Assembly (NCBI GenBank): GCA_000437495.1 | Contig: FR897805.1 | Span: 3,160 to 67,159, forward strand | Length of the DNA stretch: 64,000 bases | DNA from: Prevotella sp. CAG:485 | Lineage (GTDB): Bacteria > Bacteroidota > Bacteroidia > Bacteroidales > Muribaculaceae | Direction: 5' to 3' | Shown here: one piece after another, positions 51,170 to 60,419 of the stretch | How positions within the stretch are numbered: the first letter of the stretch is position 1 | How the letters are laid out: every line of letters starts with the position of its first letter | Notes under the pieces: model-generated | Database searches by the model: none | The model's input: the letters and a program-made list of their open reading frames with translations, nothing else | What the model was told of the DNA's origin: nothing | Position numbers and translations under genes: made by a program

Positions 51170-52336
51170 TCAGGCTCCGAGAATTGTCCGGAGCTTATTT
51201 TTCAGAGGGTTGGAGTACATTATCAGCAGCAGCTCTTCCATATATGCGTGTTCCTCGGCCGTAATGTCGGGTTCATTGATTTTGGCAATCTGGCCGTTTA
51301 GGTAATCAAGGAAGGCTTTTTTCTGCTCCTGCGTGTAATGACGTGCGAAACGTTCGGTGTGGTTGAGCATATCGAAGGCTACATAGTTGATTGGGTAAAT
51401 CATGTAGCTTCTGTGAATGGCCTGGTCAATGATATGGCAAATGTTGCGAGCCGATTCGTTTTTGTCCTTGAAATCGCCAATCTGGTCAATCTTAGCGTTG
51501 ATGCGCGGCGTGAGCTGGAAGTGCAGTTTGCCTTTGAATTGCAGCAGACCCGTCTCCATGCTGAACAGGTCGTCGCGCTGACTCTTCTTGAAGTTCGGGT
51601 CGCGGCGTTTGAGCAGGAACTCGCGCACTTTCAGATAGTCGTTGGGGTCATACTCATAGCTGATGCTCACGGGCAGAATGTTTATCTCCTTGAGGCTTTC
51701 CATGAAAGAGCCTTCCCCGCCCAAAGCAAGCATTTTCACCAGTGATTCCTGAGTGTGGTCGCTGGCATCCTTGGCTCTTCCCTCGCGCTGGGCTATCCAC
51801 ACACTCTGCTTTTTGTTCAGGATGGAATCATGAATATAGGCAGAAAGCACTTTTGCGTTCTCCAGACCTTCGCGCAACGATGAATTGCGTTTCACCACAA
51901 AACAGTTGTTCAGTTTCACCAGGTCGGTAATCCAGGGATAGATAAGCAGATTGTTGCCTATTGCCACCTGCGTTGTTGACCAACCGTGGCGCAGGAAGGC
52001 CAGGTTCAGGAACGAGGCATCGAGGACGATGTCGCGGTGGTTGGTGATGAAAGTGTAGTTAAGAGCCGGATTGATGTATTTGGCGCCCCCGAGAGTGATG
52101 CCTGACGTTGTGGCCTTTGCCAGCATCTCCATGAAAGGAAACATGATTTGATGCTGGAAGTCATATTTGGTTTTTATTTTTTTCAGTTCCTCAATAAGAG
52201 GCGGCATTTCCTCGCGCGGCATGGTGTAAGAAATTGCGTGCAGAAACCCCGGTTCCTGCACCAAATTCGCCATTTTCTGCTGGAATATGGAGTCGTCGTA
52301 AGGCCCTATCTCTTTAAGTTTTTCCTCTTCGATCAT
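51170..52336 (-). CDS. Acyltransferase of the PlsC/GPAT-like (lysophospholipid acyltransferase) family.
   Basis: 388 aa with acyltransferase-type motifs (FITNHRD ... region). The family assignment is made by eye. Confidence 0.6.
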   Translation of the reverse strand: MIEEEKLKEIGPYDDSIFQQKMANLVQEPGFLHAISYTMPREEMPPLIEELKKIKTKYDFQHQIMFPFMEMLAKATTSGITLGGAKYINPALNYTFITNHRDIVLDASFLNLAFLRHGWSTTQVAIGNNLLIYPWITDLVKLNNCFVVKRNSSLREGLENAKVLSAYIHDSILNKKQSVWIAQREGRAKDASDHTQESLVKMLALGGEGSFMESLKEINILPVSISYEYDPNDYLKVREFLLKRRDPNFKKSQRDDLFSMETGLLQFKGKLHFQLTPRINAKIDQIGDFKDKNESARNICHIIDQAIHRSYMIYPINYVAFDMLNHTERFARHYTQEQKKAFLDYLNGQIAKINEPDITAEEHAYMEELLLIMYSNPLKNKLRTILGA

Positions 52337-52439
52337 AAGGGTCGGTGTATGTTTTTCACGCCCGCAGGCATAAGGTGGTGCAAAGATAGCAATTTTATGG
52401 CGTAAAAAGTCATAATCTGTGGAATTATTTTTTCAACTG

Positions 52440-53687
52440 TCAGCGGGCGGCACGGTAATACAGCACTATGCCTATGGCCAGATAGACTATGTTTGGAATC
52501 CACATGGCTACCCGCGCACTTGTGGCTCCGGATATGGCAAACGAGCTTGTTACGGTGGAGAAGAGAATATAGCTGAAACTGAGAGCCAGACCTATGCCAA
52601 TGTTCAGCCCCATACCCCCTTTCACCTTGCGCGAGCTCAACGCCATGCCGATTAGCGTGAGGATAAAGGCGGCCGCCGTCATGGCATAGCGTTTCTCCTT
52701 TTCTATTTCAAACGCCACAACATTGGCCGAGCCACGGTTTTTCTGTTTGGCAATGTAGGTTGTCAGCTCAGGCGTGGTATACGTTTCCTGGTCGTGAGTG
52801 GAGACGAGGAAATCCTGCGGCTCCATATCAATCACCGTATCGAGCGAGGCGCCACGTATTATCTTCTCGCGCTGGCCGTTGAGAGTACGAATCATGTAAT
52901 CGTGCAGAATCCAGTGATGCTGGCGCAGAGAGTCGTATTGCACAGTCTGGGCAGTGAGACGGCTCATCAGCTTCTTGCCCTGGAATTTGTCGAGCGAGAA
53001 CCCGAAGCCGCGGCTGTGAGCCGTTTCATAACGCCCCATGAAAGCTATCACACCCGGTTGCACCTGCAGCTGCACATTTGAGGCTGACGTCTCCTTCTTG
53101 TTCTTCACGTACTTATTGGTGTAAGCCAACCGCTTCACATTGCTTGGTGGAATGGCGTAGTTGGAGAGCCAGAAGGTGAGTCCGGCTATCACGGCGGCTC
53201 CTATCATATAGGGCACAAGCAGACGCCGGTAGCTGACTCCTGACGAGAGTATGGCTATGATTTCGCTGTTGCCGGCCATCTTGGAGGTGAAGAAAATCAC
53301 CGCAATGAAGACAAACAGCGGCGACAGCTGTACGGCGAAGTAGGGGAGGAAGGAGGAGAAATAATCTAAGATCGTCTCCTTCACCGGCGCTGTGAGAAAA
53401 GCATCGAGCTTCTCCGTAACGTCGAACATGGCAATGACGGCCAGCACCAGTAAGGTGGCTACAAAATAGGTGCCGAGAAATTTTTTGAGAATGTAGCGGT
53501 CAAGAATCTTCAGCCTCCACAGATGCGGCCTAAAGCGCATTTTACGCGGCAGATGACGGCGCTTTGCATGCTTACGGCGCTGCTCAGCACTTTTCGGCTG
53601 CTCCGCAGGCATCGGCTCCTGACCGAGGGGTTCGGCATGCTGCTCTGCAACCACATTTATGATGTCTTTCTCGGCTTCTTCCATCAT
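52440..53687 (-). CDS. LptF/LptG-family permease (YjgP/YjgQ).
   Basis: Has a six-TM permease body with a periplasmic beta-jellyroll insert. Its start overlaps the tgt stop in an ATGA arrangement at 53684-53687. An alternative start is possible at 53540. Confidence 0.75.
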   Translation of the reverse strand: MMEEAEKDIINVVAEQHAEPLGQEPMPAEQPKSAEQRRKHAKRRHLPRKMRFRPHLWRLKILDRYILKKFLGTYFVATLLVLAVIAMFDVTEKLDAFLTAPVKETILDYFSSFLPYFAVQLSPLFVFIAVIFFTSKMAGNSEIIAILSSGVSYRRLLVPYMIGAAVIAGLTFWLSNYAIPPSNVKRLAYTNKYVKNKKETSASNVQLQVQPGVIAFMGRYETAHSRGFGFSLDKFQGKKLMSRLTAQTVQYDSLRQHHWILHDYMIRTLNGQREKIIRGASLDTVIDMEPQDFLVSTHDQETYTTPELTTYIAKQKNRGSANVVAFEIEKEKRYAMTAAAFILTLIGMALSSRKVKGGMGLNIGIGLALSFSYILFSTVTSSFAISGATSARVAMWIPNIVYLAIGIVLYYRAAR

Positions 53688-54814
53688 AAACGGCGTGTGA
53701 GGTCGGGGAGAATGCCTTTTTTCCAGGCTGCGAAGCCCCCCTCGATTATATGTTTACGGGCCTCGCCAACCAGCCACAGATAAAAGGCAAGATTGTGTAT
53801 GGAACATATTTGCAGGCCAAGCAACTCACCCGTCGTAACCAGGTGCCTCACGTAAGCGCGCGAGTAATCCTTGTCTACAAAACAGGTGCCGTCGGGGTCC
53901 AGAGGCGAGAAATCGTCGGCCCATTTCCGGTTGCGCATGTTCATCACCCCGTTGCGGGTAAAAATCATGCCGTTGCGGCCGTTGCGGGTGGGCATCACAC
54001 AGTCCATCATATCCACACCCCTGTCAATGGCTTCGAGAATATTTGCAGGCGTGCCGACGCCCATCAGATAGCGCGGTTTGTTGGCCGGCAGAATCTCGTT
54101 CACCACCTCAATCATCTCATACATCACCTCGGCCGGCTCACCCACTGCCAGTCCGCCAATGGCATTGCCGTCGGCATCCAACTCGGCTATACGGCTGGCG
54201 GCCTCACGGCGCAAATCCTTGTATGTGCAGCCTTGCACAATCGGGAACCAACTCTGGTAATAGTCGTATACCGGCTCCGTTTCCTTGTAGCGCTTCCAAC
54301 CCCTCTCAAGCCATTGCGTGGTGAGGTCGAGCGACCGGCGTGCATAGGCGTAATCGCTCGAGCCCGGGGCACATTCATCCAAAGCCATCATTATGTCGGC
54401 ACCGATGATGCGCTGCGTGTCCACCACATTCTCGGGAGTGAAGAAATGCTTACTGCCGTCAATGTGCGAACGGAAGCTCACACCCTCGTCAGAGAGTTTG
54501 CGTATGCCGGTGAGGGAGAACACCTGAAAGCCGCCGCTGTCGGTGAGTATGGGCTTGTGCCAGCCGTTGAAACGGTGCAGACCGCCGGCGCGTTGCAGTA
54601 TGTCGAGCCCCGGACGCAGATACAGATGATAGGTGTTGCCAAGAATAATCTGCGCCTTGATGTCATTCAGCAATTCACGCTGATGCACCGCTTTGACGCT
54701 GCCCACCGTCCCCACGGGCATAAAAATAGGCGTCTGCACAGCACCGTGTGCCGTGGTGAAGACGCCGGCGCGGGCTGAACTGCCGGCAGTTGTGGCTTCT
54801 ATTCTAAATTCCAT
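53684..54814 (-). CDS. tgt: Queuine tRNA-ribosyltransferase.
   Basis: The start is at MEFRIEATTAGSSARAGVFTTAHGAVQTPIFMPVGT, which aligns with Tgt N-termini. The ORF track start at 54826 is a TTG four codons upstream. Confidence 0.9.
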   Translation of the reverse strand: MEFRIEATTAGSSARAGVFTTAHGAVQTPIFMPVGTVGSVKAVHQRELLNDIKAQIILGNTYHLYLRPGLDILQRAGGLHRFNGWHKPILTDSGGFQVFSLTGIRKLSDEGVSFRSHIDGSKHFFTPENVVDTQRIIGADIMMALDECAPGSSDYAYARRSLDLTTQWLERGWKRYKETEPVYDYYQSWFPIVQGCTYKDLRREAASRIAELDADGNAIGGLAVGEPAEVMYEMIEVVNEILPANKPRYLMGVGTPANILEAIDRGVDMMDCVMPTRNGRNGMIFTRNGVMNMRNRKWADDFSPLDPDGTCFVDKDYSRAYVRHLVTTGELLGLQICSIHNLAFYLWLVGEARKHIIEGGFAAWKKGILPDLTRRL

Positions 54815-54869
54815 TCCAAGGCGCAAAGTTACGAAAAAATTTTGTAACCCGGCTTACGTTATTCCGTTT

Positions 54870-56357
54870 TCAGAACTTATACGCCGCCATTATGCGCAAC
54901 GCCATGGTCGACGACAGCACATGCGGAAAGTCGCGGTAGTGGGTCGAACGGACGTAATTGGTGAATTCGGCCGCGGCATACAGATGTTTGTGAATCTGCA
55001 CATCGAGCCTTATGTCAGTAACATTGAAGAAGGCGGTGGAATGGTCGCCCTGCACATTGAGCAGCCGGTAGTCGGAGGTCGCAGGGTCAACGCCGTAACG
55101 ATAGCCTGCCCACGAAAAGAGCCGGTAATATTCGTTGGAGGCCGAGAGTGCCCAGTATTTGCCGCTGACAAGGTTTATGCCTGCCTTTATGGCAAATCCG
55201 CTGGCCCAGTTGTAGTTGCGCTCGTCGGCATGATAATGGTCGGAAAGCACCGAGCCCAACAATATGCCGTTTACGTGCAGAAAAGCGTCGAAGAGATAAC
55301 GCCTGTCAGGGCGGTCGCGGAACATAAGTCCCACACCCACAGAGGCCGGAATACCCAGCTTGAAAGGCACCTTTTTCAGCGATTTTATGGTGTCGGAGTC
55401 ATAGAAATTGAAATCCTGATACAGACCTATCGACGCCCAGCTTTTATGCTCTTCCAGAAATTCGCGTGCCAACAGTCGACCCTGAATCGACAGCTGATTA
55501 AGCATTGGCTGCCCTTTCAAGACCTGCAATTCGCCGCGCAAGGTGAAATAGTCGTAAGGCTTGGTAGACTTCACCTCAAACCGGTCGCCATATTCCAGGT
55601 CAATCTGCACACAGCCGCCATAGCCCATGTGCCGCATCCTGCCTTGAAACGCCATCATCTTGTATCCGGCCGACAGACGTATGCCTATGTTTGGCGTTCC
55701 GAAGAGCCTTCCCGGCGTTGCGCTGTGCCGCCATGCCGCACCGGTGAAAATGCGGTTCAGACCGCGCATTGGAGAAATTATGAAGCATGCCAGCTCGCGT
55801 TCAAAGCGCTCATGCCCTGTTGTGCGGTCATCCAGGCAGGCATCTGAGGCACGAAACAGCATCTCGCCTATGGCTGCGCCGCCAATCGGTGTGGCAATGA
55901 CATCGTTCGTGCTGGGATATTCCCTTTCCATAAACAGCTCCCACATGGCTGAGCCGCCTATGGCGAACAGCTCCGAGCCCCAGAAGCTGTATCCGTTTGA
56001 GCGGGCGGCATTGAAATAGAGATTGCCGGTGTATGGATGCAGGAAAGTGTTGGTGCCGAGCTTGTCGTTGTCCCATTTGAAGCCGACTTCAAAATTCTTC
56101 TTGATGCTCTTGAACGAGATATACGCAAAATCGCCCTTCTGCACATACCTGTCGAATGCCCACAGCCCCATATTGAAGCCGAAAACCTCGCCTGATGCCC
56201 TCCAGAAGTGCTTCTTTGCCCCTTCGGCCACGTCGATGGAATCCGGCATTATAGGCTCAATAGCCGATTGTTTTATAGCTATCTGAGCCTCCGTTGCAGG
56301 CAGGCTTAGAGCAACGATACAGGCTGTGAGAAAAAGGCGGAGCAAATTCTTAAACAT
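54870..56357 (-). CDS. Hypothetical secreted / outer-membrane protein, possibly DUF3943-like.
   Basis: 495 aa with a signal peptide and a C-terminal ...RIMAAYKF aromatic terminus typical of outer-membrane beta-barrels. The family name is my recollection and is not verified. Confidence 0.55.
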   Translation of the reverse strand: MFKNLLRLFLTACIVALSLPATEAQIAIKQSAIEPIMPDSIDVAEGAKKHFWRASGEVFGFNMGLWAFDRYVQKGDFAYISFKSIKKNFEVGFKWDNDKLGTNTFLHPYTGNLYFNAARSNGYSFWGSELFAIGGSAMWELFMEREYPSTNDVIATPIGGAAIGEMLFRASDACLDDRTTGHERFERELACFIISPMRGLNRIFTGAAWRHSATPGRLFGTPNIGIRLSAGYKMMAFQGRMRHMGYGGCVQIDLEYGDRFEVKSTKPYDYFTLRGELQVLKGQPMLNQLSIQGRLLAREFLEEHKSWASIGLYQDFNFYDSDTIKSLKKVPFKLGIPASVGVGLMFRDRPDRRYLFDAFLHVNGILLGSVLSDHYHADERNYNWASGFAIKAGINLVSGKYWALSASNEYYRLFSWAGYRYGVDPATSDYRLLNVQGDHSTAFFNVTDIRLDVQIHKHLYAAAEFTNYVRSTHYRDFPHVLSSTMALRIMAAYKF

Positions 56358-56395
56358 AGCCGCTGACTTTGAGGTTTATTGTGGGTCAAGGCATC

Positions 56396-56575
56396 TCAGC
56401 GAAACTGATTCACCTCCGGCAGATAGTCGAAACCGGCGTCTTTCAGGGTTTTTACCAGATTGTCGCGGTCTATGTCGAGGCTCTTGCACAGTTCATCAAG
56501 GCTCATACCGTCGTCGCGCAGGTGCATATTGATGAAGCTGAGAAGCATAAAGGGGTCTTTGGGTATTGTGCTCAT
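56396..56575 (-). CDS. Small conserved hypothetical protein, DUF4250-like.
   Basis: About 60 aa from MSTIPKDPFMLLSFINMHLRDDGMSLDELCKSLDIDRDNLVKTLKDAGFDYLPEVNQFR. The start is chosen at 56575; the ORF track extends to 56608. Confidence 0.5.
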   Translation of the reverse strand: MSTIPKDPFMLLSFINMHLRDDGMSLDELCKSLDIDRDNLVKTLKDAGFDYLPEVNQFR

Positions 56576-56737
56576 GATTTGTTTCCGTAAAAGGTTAGGG
56601 TAAGACAAAATCTATCCTTTAAACAATCGAACTCCGAAAAAGTTATCGGGCCGACCCATTGTCAAGGCGCATCTGAGGCCTCGGAGTGCCGCAGATGCGC
56701 CTTTATGACGTCTTTGATTGCCGAATCTATTGCCTGA

Positions 56738-57778
56738 TTACTGAAGCATCGGCACCAGATACTTGGCCATCACCCAGCCGCCGGCAATCAGCCATAAGTC
56801 GAGGCAGAAAGCCAGGACGAAAGGCTTGGCGCCGGCCTTCTTGAACTTGTCGAAACTCGTTTCGGCGCCGAGAGCCGCCATAGCCATCGTCAGCACGAAG
56901 GTGTCGGCGTAGTTGATTGAGTCAATCATCACCTGAGGCAGGTGAATGAAGGAGTTGAAGACAATTACCAGCAGGAACAGTACGGCAAACCAGGGTATGG
57001 CAATCTTGCCTTTCTCGCCCGTTGCGGTGCCGTTTTTGCGGTTGCTTATGCCAATCCATACGCTGAGTACAAGAAGCACAGCCACCAGCAGCATCACACG
57101 TATCATCTTCACTATTATGGCGCTGTTGGCCACATCCTCGCCCATGGCATTGCCGGCGCCCACGGCATGAGCCACCTCATGCAGCGTTGAGCCGCTGTAG
57201 ATGCCCATTTGCTGCGGATCGAGGTCGAGAAGGCCGGCATTGTAGAGCGCGGGATAAAGGAACATGCTTATGGTGCCGAAGATGACCACCGTAGCCACTG
57301 CCACAGCCGTCTTGTACGGTTGCGAGCGGATGGTGGCTTCGGCGCCCAGGACAGCTGCCGCGCCGCAGATGCCGCTGCCTATGCTGGTGAGCAGTGCCGT
57401 GTCGCGGTCCATACGCAGCAGCTTGCCTATGAGCACGCCGCCGAGTATGGTCACTACAACCACTATTATGTCGATTACAACACCCGGAAGGCCTACCACC
57501 ACAATGTCTTGCAGCGTCAGTCGGAAGCCGTAAAAGATAATGCCTATGCGCAGCAGTCGTTTGGAACAAAACTGTATGCCCGGCACCCACGTCTCAGGCA
57601 GATGATTGCGCAGCGAATTGGCGTAAATCATACCCAAGATGATGCCTATAATCATAGGACTTATGGAGAGGTCTTTGAGAAATTGCACCTCGCCTATGTA
57701 AAACGAAGCGCATGCAAAAAGCGCAATGAGCAGAATGCCGTGAATCATGCTCGCGCGTTGATTTGATAAGTTTGCCAT
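56738..57778 (-). CDS. yeiH: YeiH/UPF0324-family membrane protein (putative sulfate exporter).
   Basis: 346 aa with about 10 TM helices and Gly-rich re-entrant-like segments. Confidence 0.75.
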   Translation of the reverse strand: MANLSNQRASMIHGILLIALFACASFYIGEVQFLKDLSISPMIIGIILGMIYANSLRNHLPETWVPGIQFCSKRLLRIGIIFYGFRLTLQDIVVVGLPGVVIDIIVVVVTILGGVLIGKLLRMDRDTALLTSIGSGICGAAAVLGAEATIRSQPYKTAVAVATVVIFGTISMFLYPALYNAGLLDLDPQQMGIYSGSTLHEVAHAVGAGNAMGEDVANSAIIVKMIRVMLLVAVLLVLSVWIGISNRKNGTATGEKGKIAIPWFAVLFLLVIVFNSFIHLPQVMIDSINYADTFVLTMAMAALGAETSFDKFKKAGAKPFVLAFCLDLWLIAGGWVMAKYLVPMLQ

Positions 57779-57874
57779 ATTAAAGGTTTCGGTTTCAGAT
57801 GCAAAGTTAATTCAAGATGGGAAAAATGCAAACGTTAGACTCTTAAAAAGACAAAAATTAATTACCTTTGCACC

Positions 57875-58303
57875 ATGGCTGAGAACGACAACCCGGAGAT
57901 AATTTTGCAGCAGCACAACGTGAAGCCTACCGCTGTGAGGCTGCTTGTGCTCAGAGAGCTGGAGAAGATTAAGTATGCTTTTTCGCTTGCCGACGTCTGC
58001 GACCGACTCCCGACCGTCGACCGCTCAACCATTTTCCGCACCCTCACTGTCTTTGCCGACGCTCATCTGCTTCACACCATTGTCAACGGCAACGGGGAGC
58101 ATGAATATTGCCTCTGTCATAACAGCCACACTTGCCGCCCTGATGAGCTGCATTGCCATTTCCACTGCACAAGGTGCGGACATACCTTCTGCCTTACCAA
58201 CGTAACAATTCCGTCGGTGGCTTTGCCTTTGGGTTATGCCGTTGAAAATGCCGAATATGTGATGCAGGGCCTCTGCCCGCGTTGCAGAGGAATCAGGAAG
58301 TAA
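57875..58303 (+). CDS. fur: Fur-family transcriptional regulator (Fur/Zur/PerR).
   Basis: 142 aa with a winged-helix N-terminus (PTAVRLLVLRELE) and C-terminal metal-binding cysteines and histidines (HEYCLCH...CHFHCTRCG...CPRC). Confidence 0.75.
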   Translation: MAENDNPEIILQQHNVKPTAVRLLVLRELEKIKYAFSLADVCDRLPTVDRSTIFRTLTVFADAHLLHTIVNGNGEHEYCLCHNSHTCRPDELHCHFHCTRCGHTFCLTNVTIPSVALPLGYAVENAEYVMQGLCPRCRGIRK

Positions 58304-58329
58304 GAACCCGGGACACAAATATGTTAGCT

Positions 58330-59010
58330 TCAGGGCCTGAAGTTATCTGAGAGGCTTTCGCGCGAGGCAATGGCTATTATATCGCTGCTATATTTGATTA
58401 CCTTCTGCCTCTGCATCTCGGCTAAATCGGCGATCAGACTCTCCTCGCTTTGGTTGGTATATTTCATCAGGGTTAACTTGTCGGCCTGCAAAGTGATGTT
58501 CCGCGCGGTGCTTGGCGTAATCGTGGTTATCCAGGTTGTGAGAAAGTCGCGCAGCCGGCACGAATCAATCTGCGCCAACAGCTCCATCGGCCTCTGCGCC
58601 CGCAACGACAGATAATTGATGAAGTTGAGCATATAGATGGACTGTGTCCCTAACAGCGACAGATATTGGCTCTTGTCAATGCTCAGCAGCGACACATCCG
58701 TCTGAGCCGTGTAAGTGTATGGGTTCTTGCGCTGCATGCCAAACAGGTGCGAGGCGTCGAGCAACGTGCGCCCCTTTTCCGAAAATGTTATCACAATATC
58801 ATCGGCGTGGTTGCGCCATTCGGCCTCTACCGAGCCGCTGATGACGTACATCAGGGCGTTATCCTCATCACCGGCTCTGCGCAGCACATCGCCTGCGTTA
58901 GCCTTACTGAACTCAATATGTGTCTTTTCAAGCAATGCCGATACATGCTCGCGGCTTATGCCCTGAAGCAGCGGCAAATCCATCAACATATCATACATTG
59001 TTATAGCCAT
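58330..59010 (-). CDS. Crp/Fnr-family transcriptional regulator.
   Basis: 226 aa with an N-terminal cNMP-binding-like beta-roll and a C-terminal HTH. Confidence 0.7.
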   Translation of the reverse strand: MAITMYDMLMDLPLLQGISREHVSALLEKTHIEFSKANAGDVLRRAGDEDNALMYVISGSVEAEWRNHADDIVITFSEKGRTLLDASHLFGMQRKNPYTYTAQTDVSLLSIDKSQYLSLLGTQSIYMLNFINYLSLRAQRPMELLAQIDSCRLRDFLTTWITTITPSTARNITLQADKLTLMKYTNQSEESLIADLAEMQRQKVIKYSSDIIAIASRESLSDNFRP

Positions 59011-59271
59011 ATCCCGAATTCAGTGTTATGAAGAATTATCCGATATTTGTTAACAAAATAACTTCATTAGGGGTTCTGTGGAGCCGATTAAATTGATTAT
59101 GCGTCATGGGGTCTTGGTGGGTCTTGGTCTGTCATACTTGGCGATACAAAGGTAATATAATTTTTTTAAATAGGAGTTTCTGAGGGGCTTTCCGAGCCTT
59201 AAAAAGAGGGGCGCTGAGACTAAAATGAAAAAAAAGTTGGCGAAAAATTTTGTGGATTCAAAAAGTTGTCG

Positions 59272-59279
59272 TAACTTTG
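59272..59279 (+). promoter_or_regulatory. Candidate -7 box (TAACTTTG) for tRNA-Cys.
   Basis: Exact match to TAnnTTTG, 18 nt upstream of the mature tRNA 5' end. Confidence 0.45.
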
Positions 59280-59296
59280 CAGCGCAAAAAGGAAAC

Positions 59297-59367
59297 GGTG
59301 CCATGTCCGAGTGGTTAGGTAAAGGTCTGCAAAACCTTCTACACCAGTTCGAATCTGGTTGGCACCT
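59297..59367 (+). tRNA. tRNA-Cys (anticodon GCA).
   Basis: The acceptor stem GGTGCCA/TGGCACC is 7 bp and perfect. The anticodon arm AAGGT-CTGCAAA-ACCTT places a T before and an A after the GCA anticodon. The T arm is ACCAG-TTCGAAT-CTGGT. The discriminator is U, which is an identity element for CysRS. CCA is not encoded. The D-stem has only two Watson-Crick pairs plus a G13/A21-type mismatch, an irregularity also seen in bacterial tRNA-Cys. Confidence 0.75.
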
Positions 59368-59376
59368 CCCGAAAAA

Positions 59377-59420
59377 GATTGCGTCAGATTGCGTCGTCAA
59401 CGGCGCAATCTTTTTTTTTG
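59377..59420 (+). terminator. Rho-independent terminator of tRNA-Cys.
   Basis: Stem GATTGCG...CGCAATC followed by a run of 9 T. Confidence 0.6.
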
Positions 59421-59543
59421 CACATAATTTCCGGCGCACAATTTACGGCACAGAATTTTGGGCGCAGAATTTTAGTCGCAGTGTTTTTCACCGCAGCCTG
59501 TTTTGCTAAGCTTATAAGGCCTCTGAAAGGGGAGAAGTGGATG

Positions 59544-60419
59544 CTATTTCTTGCCGAGCCTGTTATTCAGCAGGTTCACAAACTGATAATTCTTCAGTCC
59601 CCATTTGGGCGAAATCACCAGTTCGGGCGGTGCCTGTGCCACAAAGCGTTCTATGACGATATGCTCCGGCACGCGTTGCACTATTTCGGCGCATAACGTC
59701 AAATATTTCTCTATTGTCAGCTCTGGCACCTGTATCTCTCCTTTCTTCACCAAATGGGCAAGCTGTGTGCCGCGAAGCACCTGCAGATGATGGAGCTTTA
59801 ACGAGCCAATGGGGAGTGCGCACGCTTTGTCCACACTTTCTATCAGGTCTGCGTCCGTCTCTCCGGGCAGTCCGGCTATCAGATGCAGCCCTACGTGCAA
59901 ACCGACTGCGGCACAGCGGCTTACGGCATCTGCCGTCTTTTCTGCCGTATGGCGGCGGTTGAGCAGCTCAAGGGTCTTGTTGTGGAAACTCTCGGCTCCT
60001 ATCTCCACTATTACCGACTTGGTCAACCGGGCAAGCATTTCTATCACCGGCTGCGGCAGTGTGTCGGGACGGGTGCTCACCACCAAACCGGCCACATCAG
60101 CCGGATTGAGGACAGAGGCGTAATCTTCACGCAGTCTCTCGAGGTCGGCATTCGTGGAGGTGTAGGTCTGAAAGTATGGAAGCCATTTTTTGTCTTTATA
60201 CTTCCTGCTGAAGAATTGTCGACCTGCCTCCAGTTGCTCGGCTAAGGTGAGATGACCGTGACAATATGCCGGTGAAAATGCCTCATTCGAGCAATATATG
60301 CAGCCGCCATAGCCTAATGTGCCGTTGCGGTTCGGACAGTCGTGCCCGGCGTTCAGCGTCAGTTTCTGATATTTGCCGGGCCCGAAAATTTCCTCAAGAT
60401 ACTGAGGGTAAGTCTTCAT
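59544..60419 (-). CDS. TIGR01212-family radical SAM protein.
   Basis: Has the motif AGHDCPNRNGTLGYGGCIYC. It overlaps the aroC 3' end by 4 bp. Confidence 0.8.
   Translation of the reverse strand: MKTYPQYLEEIFGPGKYQKLTLNAGHDCPNRNGTLGYGGCIYCSNEAFSPAYCHGHLTLAEQLEAGRQFFSRKYKDKKWLPYFQTYTSTNADLERLREDYASVLNPADVAGLVVSTRPDTLPQPVIEMLARLTKSVIVEIGAESFHNKTLELLNRRHTAEKTADAVSRCAAVGLHVGLHLIAGLPGETDADLIESVDKACALPIGSLKLHHLQVLRGTQLAHLVKKGEIQVPELTIEKYLTLCAEIVQRVPEHIVIERFVAQAPPELVISPKWGLKNYQFVNLLNNRLGKK

Noticed and set aside
53750-55847. Long plus-strand ORFs 53750..54778 and 54693..55847.
   Set aside because: They are antisense to tgt and to the DUF3943-like gene. Their compositions are His/Arg/Gly-rich, typical of reverse-frame artefacts.
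59379-59696. 105-aa ORF 59379..59696(+).
   Set aside because: It spans the tRNA terminator T-run and the GCGCAGAATTTT repeat array, then overlaps the radical SAM gene on the opposite strand. It has no start context.
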